A stretch of 32,000 nucleotides of DNA from the NCBI GenBank assembly GCA_028710695.1, contig JAQTTP010000007.1:15357-47356 (forward strand), in the 5' to 3' direction. The notes under the pieces are model-generated. The model did no database searches. It saw nothing but the letters and a program-made list of their open reading frames with translations, and had not been told where the DNA came from. Positions within the stretch are counted from its first letter, which is position 1, and each line of letters begins with the position of its first letter. Made by a program: the position numbers and the translations under genes. Below, piece after piece: positions 1 to 8,922 of the stretch. The DNA comes from Candidatus Iainarchaeum sp. (GTDB lineage: Archaea > Iainarchaeota > Iainarchaeia > Iainarchaeales > 0-14-0-20-30-16).

Positions 1-651
1 AGCATTAAGGAAAATAGAATCATTAAATTTCTCTAATCCAAACTTCTTTGTAAAAAAATTAGATCTTGAATCTTCAACACAACCAATCAATCTTGTTTTC
101 TTTTTTTCTGCAGCAACATATAATGTCAAATAGCTGCTAATTAATTCTTGATACTCTTTATAAATTTCTGAATCTTTCTTCAAACGATCCATTGGGTGTG
201 GAATTAGACTTCCATCCAAAAGAAAATAATCTAAGTCATTAGTTTCAATTATCTGTCTTGCCAACAGCAATTCCTGTTTTATTCTTGTTATTGAAACATA
301 TCTTTCAAATTCTTCTTTTTGCAAGCAGGCATCAGGAGTAAAAAACACTGCCAAAGGGTTCTTAGGAAATCTTTTATTTTCTTCAAGTTTTCCGTTTTTA
401 TAATAAAATACAGACCCACTAATCTTAACAAAACAAAAATCAAATCCTACAAAAGAATCAGAAAAAAATCCAGAGTCAACAGCACCTACAGAAAAGGTTT
501 TTTTGTCATTTTTAATATCAATCAAAGCAGCAGAGTCTATAAATTTAAGATCTTTTATTTGACTAGAATCAAAGATGCCTTTTGCTTTTTCAGTAATCAA
601 AACAAAAGAATCTTTTACTCCTTTTATTTTTTCTCTTATCTGTTCATACAT
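1..651 (-). CDS. nurA: NurA-like 5'-3' nuclease, partial (C-terminal part runs off the left window edge)
   Basis: My own minus-strand translation from the ATG at 649-651 stays open to position 1 (217 codons). It reads MYEQIREKIKGVKDSFVLITEKAKGIFDSS...TFSVGAVDSGFFSDSF...NDLDYFLLDGSLIPHPMDRL...RLIGCVEDSRSNFF. The AVDSG, LLDGSL and EDSRS acidic motifs resemble the NurA family. The ORF is absent from the supplied track because it is truncated. Confidence 0.55.
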   Translation of the reverse strand, partial: MYEQIREKIKGVKDSFVLITEKAKGIFDSSQIKDLKFIDSAALIDIKNDKKTFSVGAVDSGFFSDSFVGFDFCFVKISGSVFYYKNGKLEENKRFPKNPLAVFFTPDACLQKEEFERYVSITRIKQELLLARQIIETNDLDYFLLDGSLIPHPMDRLKKDSEIYKEYQELISSYLTLYVAAEKKKTRLIGCVEDSRSNFFTKKFGLEKFNDSIFLNA

Positions 652-671
652 ATTTTTCCCTTATGCCAGAC

Positions 672-2324
672 TCAGTCAGGAGTCAAATCTAATTCAAACA
701 CAGCCACCGGCGTTTCTAAGTTAAAGTTCTTTAATACTTCTGGATTTATTTCTCCAATTATTCCTTCTTTTTTCTTACCATTTAACTTGTATTCTATTTT
801 TGCGACCCTTCCTTCAATAAAAGAATTATGCTTGAACTCAGTATATTTTTTATCAGTAACTTCTAAATTATTTAGAACAAATTCTGCAAGTCTTTTTGCA
901 TAGGTGTAATCAACACCCTCATAACACAAAGTAGCAGTAAAGAAGATTTTTTCAAGTATCCCTTTGTCATTTTCTTCCAAGATTTTTCCAACTTCAAATA
1001 CATTTTGCGGATAAGAAATGTGTTGATTCTTTACCAAGAATTCTAAATGTTCCGGAACTATAGAAGTCCTAAAGATCTCTATGCTCTCAGACATTGGGTT
1101 TGCAATTGTTACTGCCTTATTCTTTATTTTCATTTTCCCAAATTGCTTTTCTTTGCTAGTCAAAGTAAAAGTCATTATCTCTTGCAATCCTGCCCCAACA
1201 CCAAGCAGCCTTAAGCTATCAGCCCAAACAGTCTTGTCAAGCAACCCACCTGTACTTCTAACATCCACTTTCTCTAGCTTTATTGTATTATAGCCAATAG
1301 AAATCAGAATATCCTCAATTACATCAACAGGATGCATTATGTCAACCCTATAGTTTGGGTACTCCACAACAACTTTATCCTTAACTATCTTAACATCGTA
1401 TCCTTTTCTCTCAAGTAGACCAATAAGATCTTTTTCGCTTATTTCCATTCCAATATAATCAAATATTTTCTGCTTAGATATTTCCATTTTTTCTTTTGCG
1501 AAGTAAGGAGTTACTACTTTTTCTTTTCCGTAATCAACAGTAATAGCTTCAACCTTTGCACCCCTGTCTGCAAACGCCATACAAACAATAAGCAAAGCAA
1601 CATTTACCTTTTCTTGTGTTATTCCAGTTACTTCTATAAACAAATCATTCTTTCCTACTTCTACTTTTCCAGAATCATTTGAGTTCACTATTGGGGGCAT
1701 AGACATTATCTTCCCTTTTTCATCCTGCCAAACAGGATACTTATCAAATCCAGCCAATAAATGCCCATATTCCTGTCCTTTCTTGTGATTTTTCAAGACC
1801 TCTTCCAAAGTCATTTCTTTTTCAAATCCAAGAGGAGCGAATTTAACTGTTTTTTTATCTCCTAAAAAGTATTTCAATTTCTTTCCACTGATTTTGTTTA
1901 AATCATACATTCCCATTGAAAGTTCGCTTCTTTTCTTACCGTAAGATCCTGCAATTTTTTCTTGCATATTAACCAAACTTATCAAAAAATCATCAGAAAT
2001 ATCAACATTTTTCACTACTGCGGCAGCAACATATTTTGCTATATTCTTCATATCCCCTACATCAACAATATAATCAGATTTTTCAAAAGAGTATTCTTTT
2101 AAGCCTTTTATCTCGCCGTTATCTTTCTTTATCTCTCTTGCAACTCCTTCAATACTCCACAAATCAGGTCTATTAGAGTCTTTTATATCAAGTTTAATAG
2201 TATCCCCGTCAACACCATCTACTTCACATTTAGTGCAAAGGAAGAACTTCTCAAGTTCGCTATCTTTTATTTTGTAATGTAATAAAGATTCCAAATCAGA
2301 TCTAGAAACATCAATTTTCGGCAT
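672..2324 (-). CDS. pheT: Phenylalanyl-tRNA synthetase beta subunit, archaeal type
   Basis: The ~550 aa length and the N-terminus MPKIDVSRSDLESLL...NRPDLWSIEGVAREIK are typical of archaeal PheRS beta. The ATG at 2324 is preferred over the GTG at 2333. The AT-rich TATA-like ttatatagta at 2351-2360 lies about 30 nt upstream. Confidence 0.9.
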   Translation of the reverse strand: MPKIDVSRSDLESLLHYKIKDSELEKFFLCTKCEVDGVDGDTIKLDIKDSNRPDLWSIEGVAREIKKDNGEIKGLKEYSFEKSDYIVDVGDMKNIAKYVAAAVVKNVDISDDFLISLVNMQEKIAGSYGKKRSELSMGMYDLNKISGKKLKYFLGDKKTVKFAPLGFEKEMTLEEVLKNHKKGQEYGHLLAGFDKYPVWQDEKGKIMSMPPIVNSNDSGKVEVGKNDLFIEVTGITQEKVNVALLIVCMAFADRGAKVEAITVDYGKEKVVTPYFAKEKMEISKQKIFDYIGMEISEKDLIGLLERKGYDVKIVKDKVVVEYPNYRVDIMHPVDVIEDILISIGYNTIKLEKVDVRSTGGLLDKTVWADSLRLLGVGAGLQEIMTFTLTSKEKQFGKMKIKNKAVTIANPMSESIEIFRTSIVPEHLEFLVKNQHISYPQNVFEVGKILEENDKGILEKIFFTATLCYEGVDYTYAKRLAEFVLNNLEVTDKKYTEFKHNSFIEGRVAKIEYKLNGKKKEGIIGEINPEVLKNFNLETPVAVFELDLTPD

Positions 2325-2374
2325 AAATACCACTCGTTTATTCGTAATAGTTATATAGTATAAGAAAGAATAAT

Positions 2375-2400
2375 AATAAAAAGAATTGGGCCCCGCCCAA
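2375..2400 (-). terminator. Hairpin plus T-run downstream of the 2437-3006 gene
   Basis: ttgggc-ccc-gcccaa forms a 6-bp GC-rich stem at 2386-2400. On the minus strand it is followed by ttcttttt. Confidence 0.5.
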
Positions 2401-2436
2401 CAGTGAAAGGGACAGCCTTAGTTAGGCACCAAGAGG

Positions 2437-3006
2437 TTATTCAAACTCTATAGATTCTACAGAGTTCTTGAACTTATCCTTAAGTGCATCATAGATCTCA
2501 GAGTTACACTTTAGAGTAAATACATACCCAACGCCATTTTTTACAAAAGCATAAGTATTGTATATTCTGTTAACACTATCTTCATCTACAGATACAACTG
2601 CATTATAGAACAAGTTCCCGTTTATGTTCACTTCTTGTTCTGAGATTTGTTCTATATTGTATTGTACAATCTCCTTTGCAAGGGTTTTAGAATCAAAAGC
2701 ATATCCATATCTCCAAATATACAAAAAATCTTCATTACTTGACGGGTTTATTTTATAGGCCCAGCTATTTGAAGAACTAACGTTATCTACTTCAAATTCA
2801 GTCCAAGTTTCAGGCATCTTTAGTTTGATATCTTCAATTTCAAAGTTTGCATACCCATAATATTTATCATCTTCTGATAGATCCCCTTTACTTAGGTCTG
2901 CATTTTTAAAATCTGGGTAAACATACCTATAGCCCAAGTATCCAACAACAGCCAGGATTATTATGATTATAATTAAAGTAGCAATGAATGACCCTTTCTT
3001 ATTCAT
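2437..3006 (-). CDS. Hypothetical N-terminally membrane-anchored extracytoplasmic protein
   Basis: The ATG at 3006 is preceded by GGGTG (Shine-Dalgarno-like). The product starts MNKKGSFIATLIIIIIILAVVGYLGY, a single N-terminal TM, followed by a soluble ~160 aa domain. I recognise no family. It is co-directional with and 22 nt downstream of the GT4 gene. Confidence 0.6.
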   Translation of the reverse strand: MNKKGSFIATLIIIIIILAVVGYLGYRYVYPDFKNADLSKGDLSEDDKYYGYANFEIEDIKLKMPETWTEFEVDNVSSSNSWAYKINPSSNEDFLYIWRYGYAFDSKTLAKEIVQYNIEQISEQEVNINGNLFYNAVVSVDEDSVNRIYNTYAFVKNGVGYVFTLKCNSEIYDALKDKFKNSVESIEFE

Positions 3007-3028
3007 ATTAACACCCAAAAATCTTATT

Positions 3029-4087
3029 TTATAAAAAATATAACAAAAATACTACTAGAGATATAACGAAATGTAATATAAAAAAGTTTCGTACAAGCCC
3101 TTTCTCTGTAAGCTTGCCTTTATACAGGTGTTCCATTAGATAATACAATGCGTGCCACCCAATAAAGGTCTTTCCATTTTTTTCATAATTTGTAGGAATT
3201 AAATACCCATTTTTGTCGCAGGCAGATATTGTTTTTCCTTTTCCACGAACAATGAATATATGTATTGCATATAACCCAAAATTTATTAAGTAAATCAGAG
3301 TTAAAAGAATCCCAATTATTTCCATATTTCCAATAATCATTGCAGTTGCAATTGATGCACCGATTGCTAAAGAGCCCACATCACCAAAAATAACTTTTGC
3401 TGGGTAGGCATTATAATAATAAAATCCAATTAGAGCACCAAGCATTGGAACCAAAATAATCATTGCAAGATAATTTCCAGTTATCAAAGATGCAAAAACC
3501 ATAAACAATATTGTAATTATTCCTAATCCTGCCTCAAGCCCATTGTATCCCGCAAGCATGTTGGTTGCATTTGAATAAACAAGTATCAATATTGGAATTA
3601 TTACAAAGGAATAAACCCAGCCCAAACTCAAAGATCCATAAAATGGTATTGTAATTGTATGGTTTCCAGCTAAAATTGCCACTAAAGGTATGGATGCAAC
3701 AAGCAACAACAGAATTTTTTGTAGCTCGTTGAGTTTAAATAAATCATCAAAAGATCCAACAAATCCAACAAGAAGTACTGTAAACGCACCCGCCATTATA
3801 GAATACAAATCAAATCCACTTACAAAAGGAAATATCGAAAACAAACCAACAAAAAATCCAAGCAAAAGAATATAGCCACCCATATTTGCAAATTTGGGTT
3901 TATCATACTTGTGACAATCAGTATTAGTAATTTCTTTTTTATGAGCCCATTTTATGTAGAAGCCCATTATCAAAAATACTATTAAAAATGAAATAAAAAA
4001 TTCACAAATATATTTTCTTATTGGAAAAAACAGCCCAATACCAAATAAGGTTGCCAATAAAAAATATATTATTTTATCCCACTTCAC
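3029..4087 (-). CDS. Glycosyltransferase family 4, polyprenyl/dolichyl-phosphate HexNAc-1-phosphate transferase (MraY/WecA/Alg7/AglH-like)
   Basis: This is a polytopic membrane protein with the motifs FDDLFKL, NATNMLAGYNGLEAG and GDVGSLAIG, characteristic of the MraY/WecA superfamily. There is no ATG start. The GTG at 4085-4087 overlaps the aglB TGA stop (GTGA); a TTG at 4088-4090 is the alternative. Confidence 0.85.
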   Translation of the reverse strand: MKWDKIIYFLLATLFGIGLFFPIRKYICEFFISFLIVFLIMGFYIKWAHKKEITNTDCHKYDKPKFANMGGYILLLGFFVGLFSIFPFVSGFDLYSIMAGAFTVLLVGFVGSFDDLFKLNELQKILLLLVASIPLVAILAGNHTITIPFYGSLSLGWVYSFVIIPILILVYSNATNMLAGYNGLEAGLGIITILFMVFASLITGNYLAMIILVPMLGALIGFYYYNAYPAKVIFGDVGSLAIGASIATAMIIGNMEIIGILLTLIYLINFGLYAIHIFIVRGKGKTISACDKNGYLIPTNYEKNGKTFIGWHALYYLMEHLYKGKLTEKGLVRNFFILHFVISLVVFLLYFL

Positions 4088-6123
4088 CAAGCATCACCAT
4101 AATATGCCTTTACTTTAGTATTCCATTCGTTTATCTGTTCCGTAGTCATATCATACATTGCTGGTTCAACAGTTTTCAAAGCATCTTTATTAACCTTATA
4201 AACTCTGACCATATTTTTCGCATAAACCAAAGTCAAATATTTTGATATCTCTGGGCTCATAAGCCACAACTTCACAGCCATACTACTATTTGACGGATGA
4301 CTAAAAACATATAAAATATCTTTTGCGCCATTTGTATAATAAAACAAGGGGGTTTTTCCGTTCACAACAGTATAAGGTTTATTTGTCCAAGCAGTTGGTA
4401 TTGCAGACATATAATCTTCGGTCAATTTATTTGACCCACACATATAATAATTGTCTTTTTGTATTTGGAAAGATGTTTTCGTACAACCCATATATACTGA
4501 AAAATATTTGGCTATACGCGGATCATTTTGATTTACAGTATCATAGAGATACATCGCAAATAACGGAAGGCTTTGCAAGGTATCAAGATCCATTAATACA
4601 TAGTCTGCATCATATGCTTTCAAAATTCCTGCAGCATGTTCAGTATTTTCATCTAAGAAAAACATAGGCACATCTTTCAAAGCTTGAGTATCACTATTTG
4701 TATTATCCGTTGCCACTCTCCTATCTGCCAAGAAAGTTATCCAGTGCCCCTCACTCCACCAATTAAAGAGTTTTGCATTTTCAGGAGTGTTTTCTCCAAG
4801 CCAAGAAATTGTTTCTTTCCAGCCACTGCCACCATCTAATTGTGGTGTGTGGTTATGTACAAACATAGTTGCACCAGCAACACCAGTAATTGTTAAAAAC
4901 AATAATGCCCCCACAAGACCAACTCGCAAAGCTATATGCTTATTGGTGCCAATAAAGAGCTGATAAAGTTCGTACATTGTTAATACAGTTAATGCTGCAA
5001 GTGGTAATCCAAACCAAAAAGTTGCTTTTAATTTATTCCATGCCAGGTACAAACAACCCGCAGACCAAACAAGAACCAACAAAGTAAACCAATCTTTTTT
5101 GTTAAAAATTATTCTATATAGCCCGAGGATAAACCCAGTAATAATAAATATCAAGAATATGTTGTACTTTGAGCCGAAAGCAGGATATCCTTGACTTTCT
5201 TCTCCAACTTTCATTGACGTTACTGAACCCATCTGCTGGGTATCAACACTAGTTTCATTAAGTCCAAATATTCCAGACACATAATTTATATCTACTTGTA
5301 TCCAATTTGTGCTCCATGCTGTTGCAATAGCACCCATAAGAATAAAACAAGAAAAGAAAATTATGGAAAATCCTTTTAAGAACTCCAAGTCCTTGTAAAC
5401 AATTAACTTCATTATTAGAATTGTCACAAAGTACCCAATTAGAACAACCGGCACAAATGCAAAAACACTCCAAACCATTGCCATAATTCCTAAGAATAGA
5501 CCGCCCAAAAGTCCATAAATAATTGGTTTCCATTTGACACTTTGGGTTTCCACAAATTTAGAAATTCCCAATACTAAAAATCCAAATCCAAGAACCATCC
5601 ACAAGAAGCCCATACAATCTTCTTCGTAGTGCCCACTCATAGTTCTATATACAAATGCAGGCATTACTGCAGCAAAAAATGCAGCAATATATCCGGCGAT
5701 TCTATTCTTATAACCTACTCTAAATAAGAAATACATTGCTAATGTAGTAAAAGCACCATAGAATGCAGGCAGGAGCCTAATAAACCAGACCCAGAGATCT
5801 TTACTGTACGCGGCTCCAAAGGTAAATATATTCCAAAATAAAACTCCAAAATACCATAGTAAACTAACTGAATATGGTGCTTTATTAGCATAGTGATAGA
5901 TTCCTAATAAATCAGTATGGTCTTCAAATGGATCTTGAATAAATGCGGCATTAGCTCTTGCATGCCAATATGCATCTGGTTCAATAAAGCCATCAAATCT
6001 CATAATATGTAGCCTAAATCCTAACGCAATCAAAAATATCAATAATAATATCAGAATATGCCATTTGTTTTCAACAATTTTTGCCCAAAAGTTCTTTAAA
6101 AATGCAACACCCATATTGACCAC
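4084..6123 (-). CDS. aglB: STT3/AglB-type oligosaccharyltransferase (GT-C fold)
   Basis: The ~13-TM N-terminal half carries EPDAYWHARAN, comparable to the DxD/DPDxYYH loop motif. The region NWWSEGHWITFLADRRVATDNTN aligns to WWDYG(Y/H)W...ANR...DGG of AglB/STT3, and a soluble C-terminal domain follows. The start is either the GTG at 6123 or the ATG at 6114. Confidence 0.7.
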   Translation of the reverse strand: MVNMGVAFLKNFWAKIVENKWHILILLLIFLIALGFRLHIMRFDGFIEPDAYWHARANAAFIQDPFEDHTDLLGIYHYANKAPYSVSLLWYFGVLFWNIFTFGAAYSKDLWVWFIRLLPAFYGAFTTLAMYFLFRVGYKNRIAGYIAAFFAAVMPAFVYRTMSGHYEEDCMGFLWMVLGFGFLVLGISKFVETQSVKWKPIIYGLLGGLFLGIMAMVWSVFAFVPVVLIGYFVTILIMKLIVYKDLEFLKGFSIIFFSCFILMGAIATAWSTNWIQVDINYVSGIFGLNETSVDTQQMGSVTSMKVGEESQGYPAFGSKYNIFLIFIITGFILGLYRIIFNKKDWFTLLVLVWSAGCLYLAWNKLKATFWFGLPLAALTVLTMYELYQLFIGTNKHIALRVGLVGALLFLTITGVAGATMFVHNHTPQLDGGSGWKETISWLGENTPENAKLFNWWSEGHWITFLADRRVATDNTNSDTQALKDVPMFFLDENTEHAAGILKAYDADYVLMDLDTLQSLPLFAMYLYDTVNQNDPRIAKYFSVYMGCTKTSFQIQKDNYYMCGSNKLTEDYMSAIPTAWTNKPYTVVNGKTPLFYYTNGAKDILYVFSHPSNSSMAVKLWLMSPEISKYLTLVYAKNMVRVYKVNKDALKTVEPAMYDMTTEQINEWNTKVKAYYGDAW

Positions 6124-8820
6124 TTACATCAATTTGCTTATTTCTTGTTCAATTTCTTTAACATTAACACTTATTCCGCTTATTTGTGCAAAGTCCAGGG
6201 ATCCGCCACCTTTTCCACCAAATTTGCTTGAGATCTCTTTTGCAATGAATCCTGCACCTTTCTTTACAACATTTGAATTTACAATTATATTCATCTGTTC
6301 TATATCCTTAGAATAAATTATTAGTAAATCAAATTTATTAACAAATCTTTTTTTTGCCATAATTCCAAGCTTCAAAAAAGACTCCACATTGTAGATTTTT
6401 ACATCTTTTACTATTTTCTTTCCTTTTTCTAATTCCAACCCAGAAATTATTCTTTCTGATTCTTTTTCATCAACTTCCACAAGTGCTTTTTGCAAGGTTT
6501 TCAATTCCTGCACATTTTTGTCTATTGCCATCAAAACATCATTCTTTGGAACTTTCAGTAATTCACTTGCTTTATCAACAGTTTGCTGTAATTCCAATCC
6601 ATAATTTACTGCAGGAATTCCTGCTTTAAAGTAGATTCTTTCAACACCATCTCTTACTGATTCTCTTTTTACAATTTTAAAATATCCCATCTGTCCTGTC
6701 TTTTCTAAATGAGTTCCACCACAAGCCTCAACATCTAATCCTGGTATTTCTATTATTCTTAATTCTTTTCCTGGAACTGCCCCACCCTGATAGATTCTAA
6801 ATCCGTATTTCTGTTCAGCAACTTGTCTTGGGAAAATTGTTTTCTTGACTGCCAAATCTTGCTGGATATATTCATTAACTTTTCTTTCAATTTCTTCCAA
6901 TTCGTATTTAGTAATTGCTTTAAAATGAGTAATATCTAAGTGAGCAATATCTGCTTTTTTATTTGCTCCTGCTTGCCAAATGTGCTTTCCCAAAACTTGC
7001 TGGCAAACACCATTCAACAAGTGAGTTGAAGTGTGATGTTGTGACAAAGCAAGCCTTCTTGAGAAGTCTATTTTACAAGTAACTGTTGAATTTTTCTTTA
7101 TCTTCTTTGGTTCTGAAACTTTATGCAAAATTACATCACCGATATTCTTTACTTCTAATACTTTTATTCCATCTATTTCTCCTAAATCACAATCTTGTCC
7201 GCCACCCTCTGGATAGAACGCAGATTTATTTAGGACAACATAATCTTCAACTATTCCCTGCACTTTTGCTTCAAAAGAATCCATATAAAAAAATTCATAA
7301 TACAATTTTTCAGTCTTATCAAAATCTTTTACTTTTGCTTGTAAAGGATCAATCTCTTTTTGAACAGCAGGAAGTTTTTTATCTAAATTTATTTCCTGAA
7401 CTTCTAAAATCATATTTTCTTTTTCTGCAACTTCTTTAACTTGTTCTAAAACAACACCATAAGACTCATACAAAAATGAAAGATCTTGTTCTGTTATTTT
7501 ATTCGTTTCTTTCTTTTTCTTTGTTAAATATGCACTTACTACAGATCTTGACAGATCTTTTGATTTTCTATATTTTTCATATTCAGTATCTAAAACATTA
7601 AACACAATATTACTTTCCCCCAACTCCGGGTACAAAGGCTTCAAGTAATTTATGTGTTTTTCTAAAACTGTGTTTAAATCAGATGAAAAGTTATTTTTTT
7701 CATACAAAGAAAATGCTCTTCTCAAAACATATCTTAGATTGTATCCACCACCAGTATTAGATGGAAGCATCCCATCCACAGAAGTGAATAAAATTGTTTT
7801 CAAGTGGTCCAAAATTGCATATGCTGACTGCAATGGGAACAACTGTTTTTTCATAACAGAGTATTCAATCCCAATTTGTTTTGCAATTTCATATTCATCA
7901 GTTCCATTTCTTTCAGAGAAATCAATTTTTCCTGCACCCATAACATATTCTTCTAAAAATACAGGTTCTTTTATAGATTCTTTACTCAAAAAGTGCTTTG
8001 CAACAGGTCCAAAAGTAATATCATAAGACATTGGCTTTGTGTCAGTAATCCACGCAAATCTTTCTTGACCTGCACCCATGTCAATTACTTTTGTATCTAA
8101 CTCTTTCAAGCCTTTGTCAGTCAAATAGTATTGCATGAAAACACAGTTTCCTAGTTCAATTCCATCTACAAAGTATTCCAGAGATGGCCCTACATTTCCG
8201 CCACCCATCCAAACATCTTCTCTAAATACTACTTTTTCTCTTGGTATTCCTAAAGCTTTTGTTAAAAATAAAAAGTCGTTTTCTATTGCTTGATCTTTCC
8301 AATAAAACAATCCTGTTTTTTTATTATTAAATGCGTGCTGCCCAATCATTACAAAATTAGTATAATGCCTACCAGTAACTCCAACATTCGGGATATCATT
8401 AAACCTTAAACAAGGCTGATTTATTACTAGTGGGTTAGCCACAGGTTCTACTTCTCCAGACACAACATATGGCTGAAACCCAGTTATAGACGCCAAATTA
8501 AAGTAAATATCATTTCTCCATCTTGCAACTGTTGGAAATCTCTTTACAGAGGTGTGATTTTTCTTATTAAAAAATCTTTCAAAAGTCTTCCAAGCTTCAA
8601 TATAATCTAGCTTTTGTGGAGTTATTTTTCTTCCAATGAATTTATACCCTACACATTCGGAGTCTTCACAAAATTCTCTGTTTGGGTCCAAAGTCCAGAA
8701 ATAGTTCTTACATTTTTTACACTGCTTTCTTGTAAACCCTTCTTTCTCTAAAAAAGCAAGTTTATAGTGGTCTTCCCACTTCTTAGCAAAGTCTTGTTTT
8801 AATTGTTTCTTGTCAAGCAT
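6124..8820 (-). CDS. alaS: Alanyl-tRNA synthetase, archaeal type
   Basis: The 898 aa product has an editing-domain HHTSTH...CGGTH zinc motif and a C-terminal GGGSLDFAQ (DHHA1-like). AGGTG lies about 8 nt upstream of the ATG at 8820. Confidence 0.95.
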   Translation of the reverse strand: MLDKKQLKQDFAKKWEDHYKLAFLEKEGFTRKQCKKCKNYFWTLDPNREFCEDSECVGYKFIGRKITPQKLDYIEAWKTFERFFNKKNHTSVKRFPTVARWRNDIYFNLASITGFQPYVVSGEVEPVANPLVINQPCLRFNDIPNVGVTGRHYTNFVMIGQHAFNNKKTGLFYWKDQAIENDFLFLTKALGIPREKVVFREDVWMGGGNVGPSLEYFVDGIELGNCVFMQYYLTDKGLKELDTKVIDMGAGQERFAWITDTKPMSYDITFGPVAKHFLSKESIKEPVFLEEYVMGAGKIDFSERNGTDEYEIAKQIGIEYSVMKKQLFPLQSAYAILDHLKTILFTSVDGMLPSNTGGGYNLRYVLRRAFSLYEKNNFSSDLNTVLEKHINYLKPLYPELGESNIVFNVLDTEYEKYRKSKDLSRSVVSAYLTKKKKETNKITEQDLSFLYESYGVVLEQVKEVAEKENMILEVQEINLDKKLPAVQKEIDPLQAKVKDFDKTEKLYYEFFYMDSFEAKVQGIVEDYVVLNKSAFYPEGGGQDCDLGEIDGIKVLEVKNIGDVILHKVSEPKKIKKNSTVTCKIDFSRRLALSQHHTSTHLLNGVCQQVLGKHIWQAGANKKADIAHLDITHFKAITKYELEEIERKVNEYIQQDLAVKKTIFPRQVAEQKYGFRIYQGGAVPGKELRIIEIPGLDVEACGGTHLEKTGQMGYFKIVKRESVRDGVERIYFKAGIPAVNYGLELQQTVDKASELLKVPKNDVLMAIDKNVQELKTLQKALVEVDEKESERIISGLELEKGKKIVKDVKIYNVESFLKLGIMAKKRFVNKFDLLIIYSKDIEQMNIIVNSNVVKKGAGFIAKEISSKFGGKGGGSLDFAQISGISVNVKEIEQEISKLM

Positions 8821-8922
8821 AAAATGACACCTTTATAGCACCTTTTAGTTATTCATATAAAAAAGTAATATAAATATATAAAATAATCTAAAGTATGTTA
8901 TTATATCTTATTGGGTGTGCCT

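Noticed and set aside
319-903. 194 aa + strand ORF (and 1081-1293) with low-complexity F/S/K/I-rich product
   Set aside because: It lies antisense to the well-supported NurA-like and pheT genes. The composition is what antisense reading of Lys/Glu/Asn-rich AT-biased coding DNA produces, and no motifs are present.
2389-2436. GC-rich patch between pheT and the upstream gene, considered as a possible small RNA or tRNA fragment
   Set aside because: No cloverleaf or conserved RNA boxes are present. The strongest structure, ttgggc-ccc-gcccaa followed by a T-run on the minus strand, is adequately explained as a terminator for the 2437-3006 gene.
3690-8026. Multiple 60-125 aa ORFs antisense or out of frame within the GT4, aglB and alaS genes (e.g. 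3690-3875, 4021-4245, 4323-4667, 5258-5533, 6065-6316, 7086-7439, 7652-8026)
   Set aside because: All are nested in long ORFs with clear family signatures. Their products are low-complexity, and they lack independent start context.
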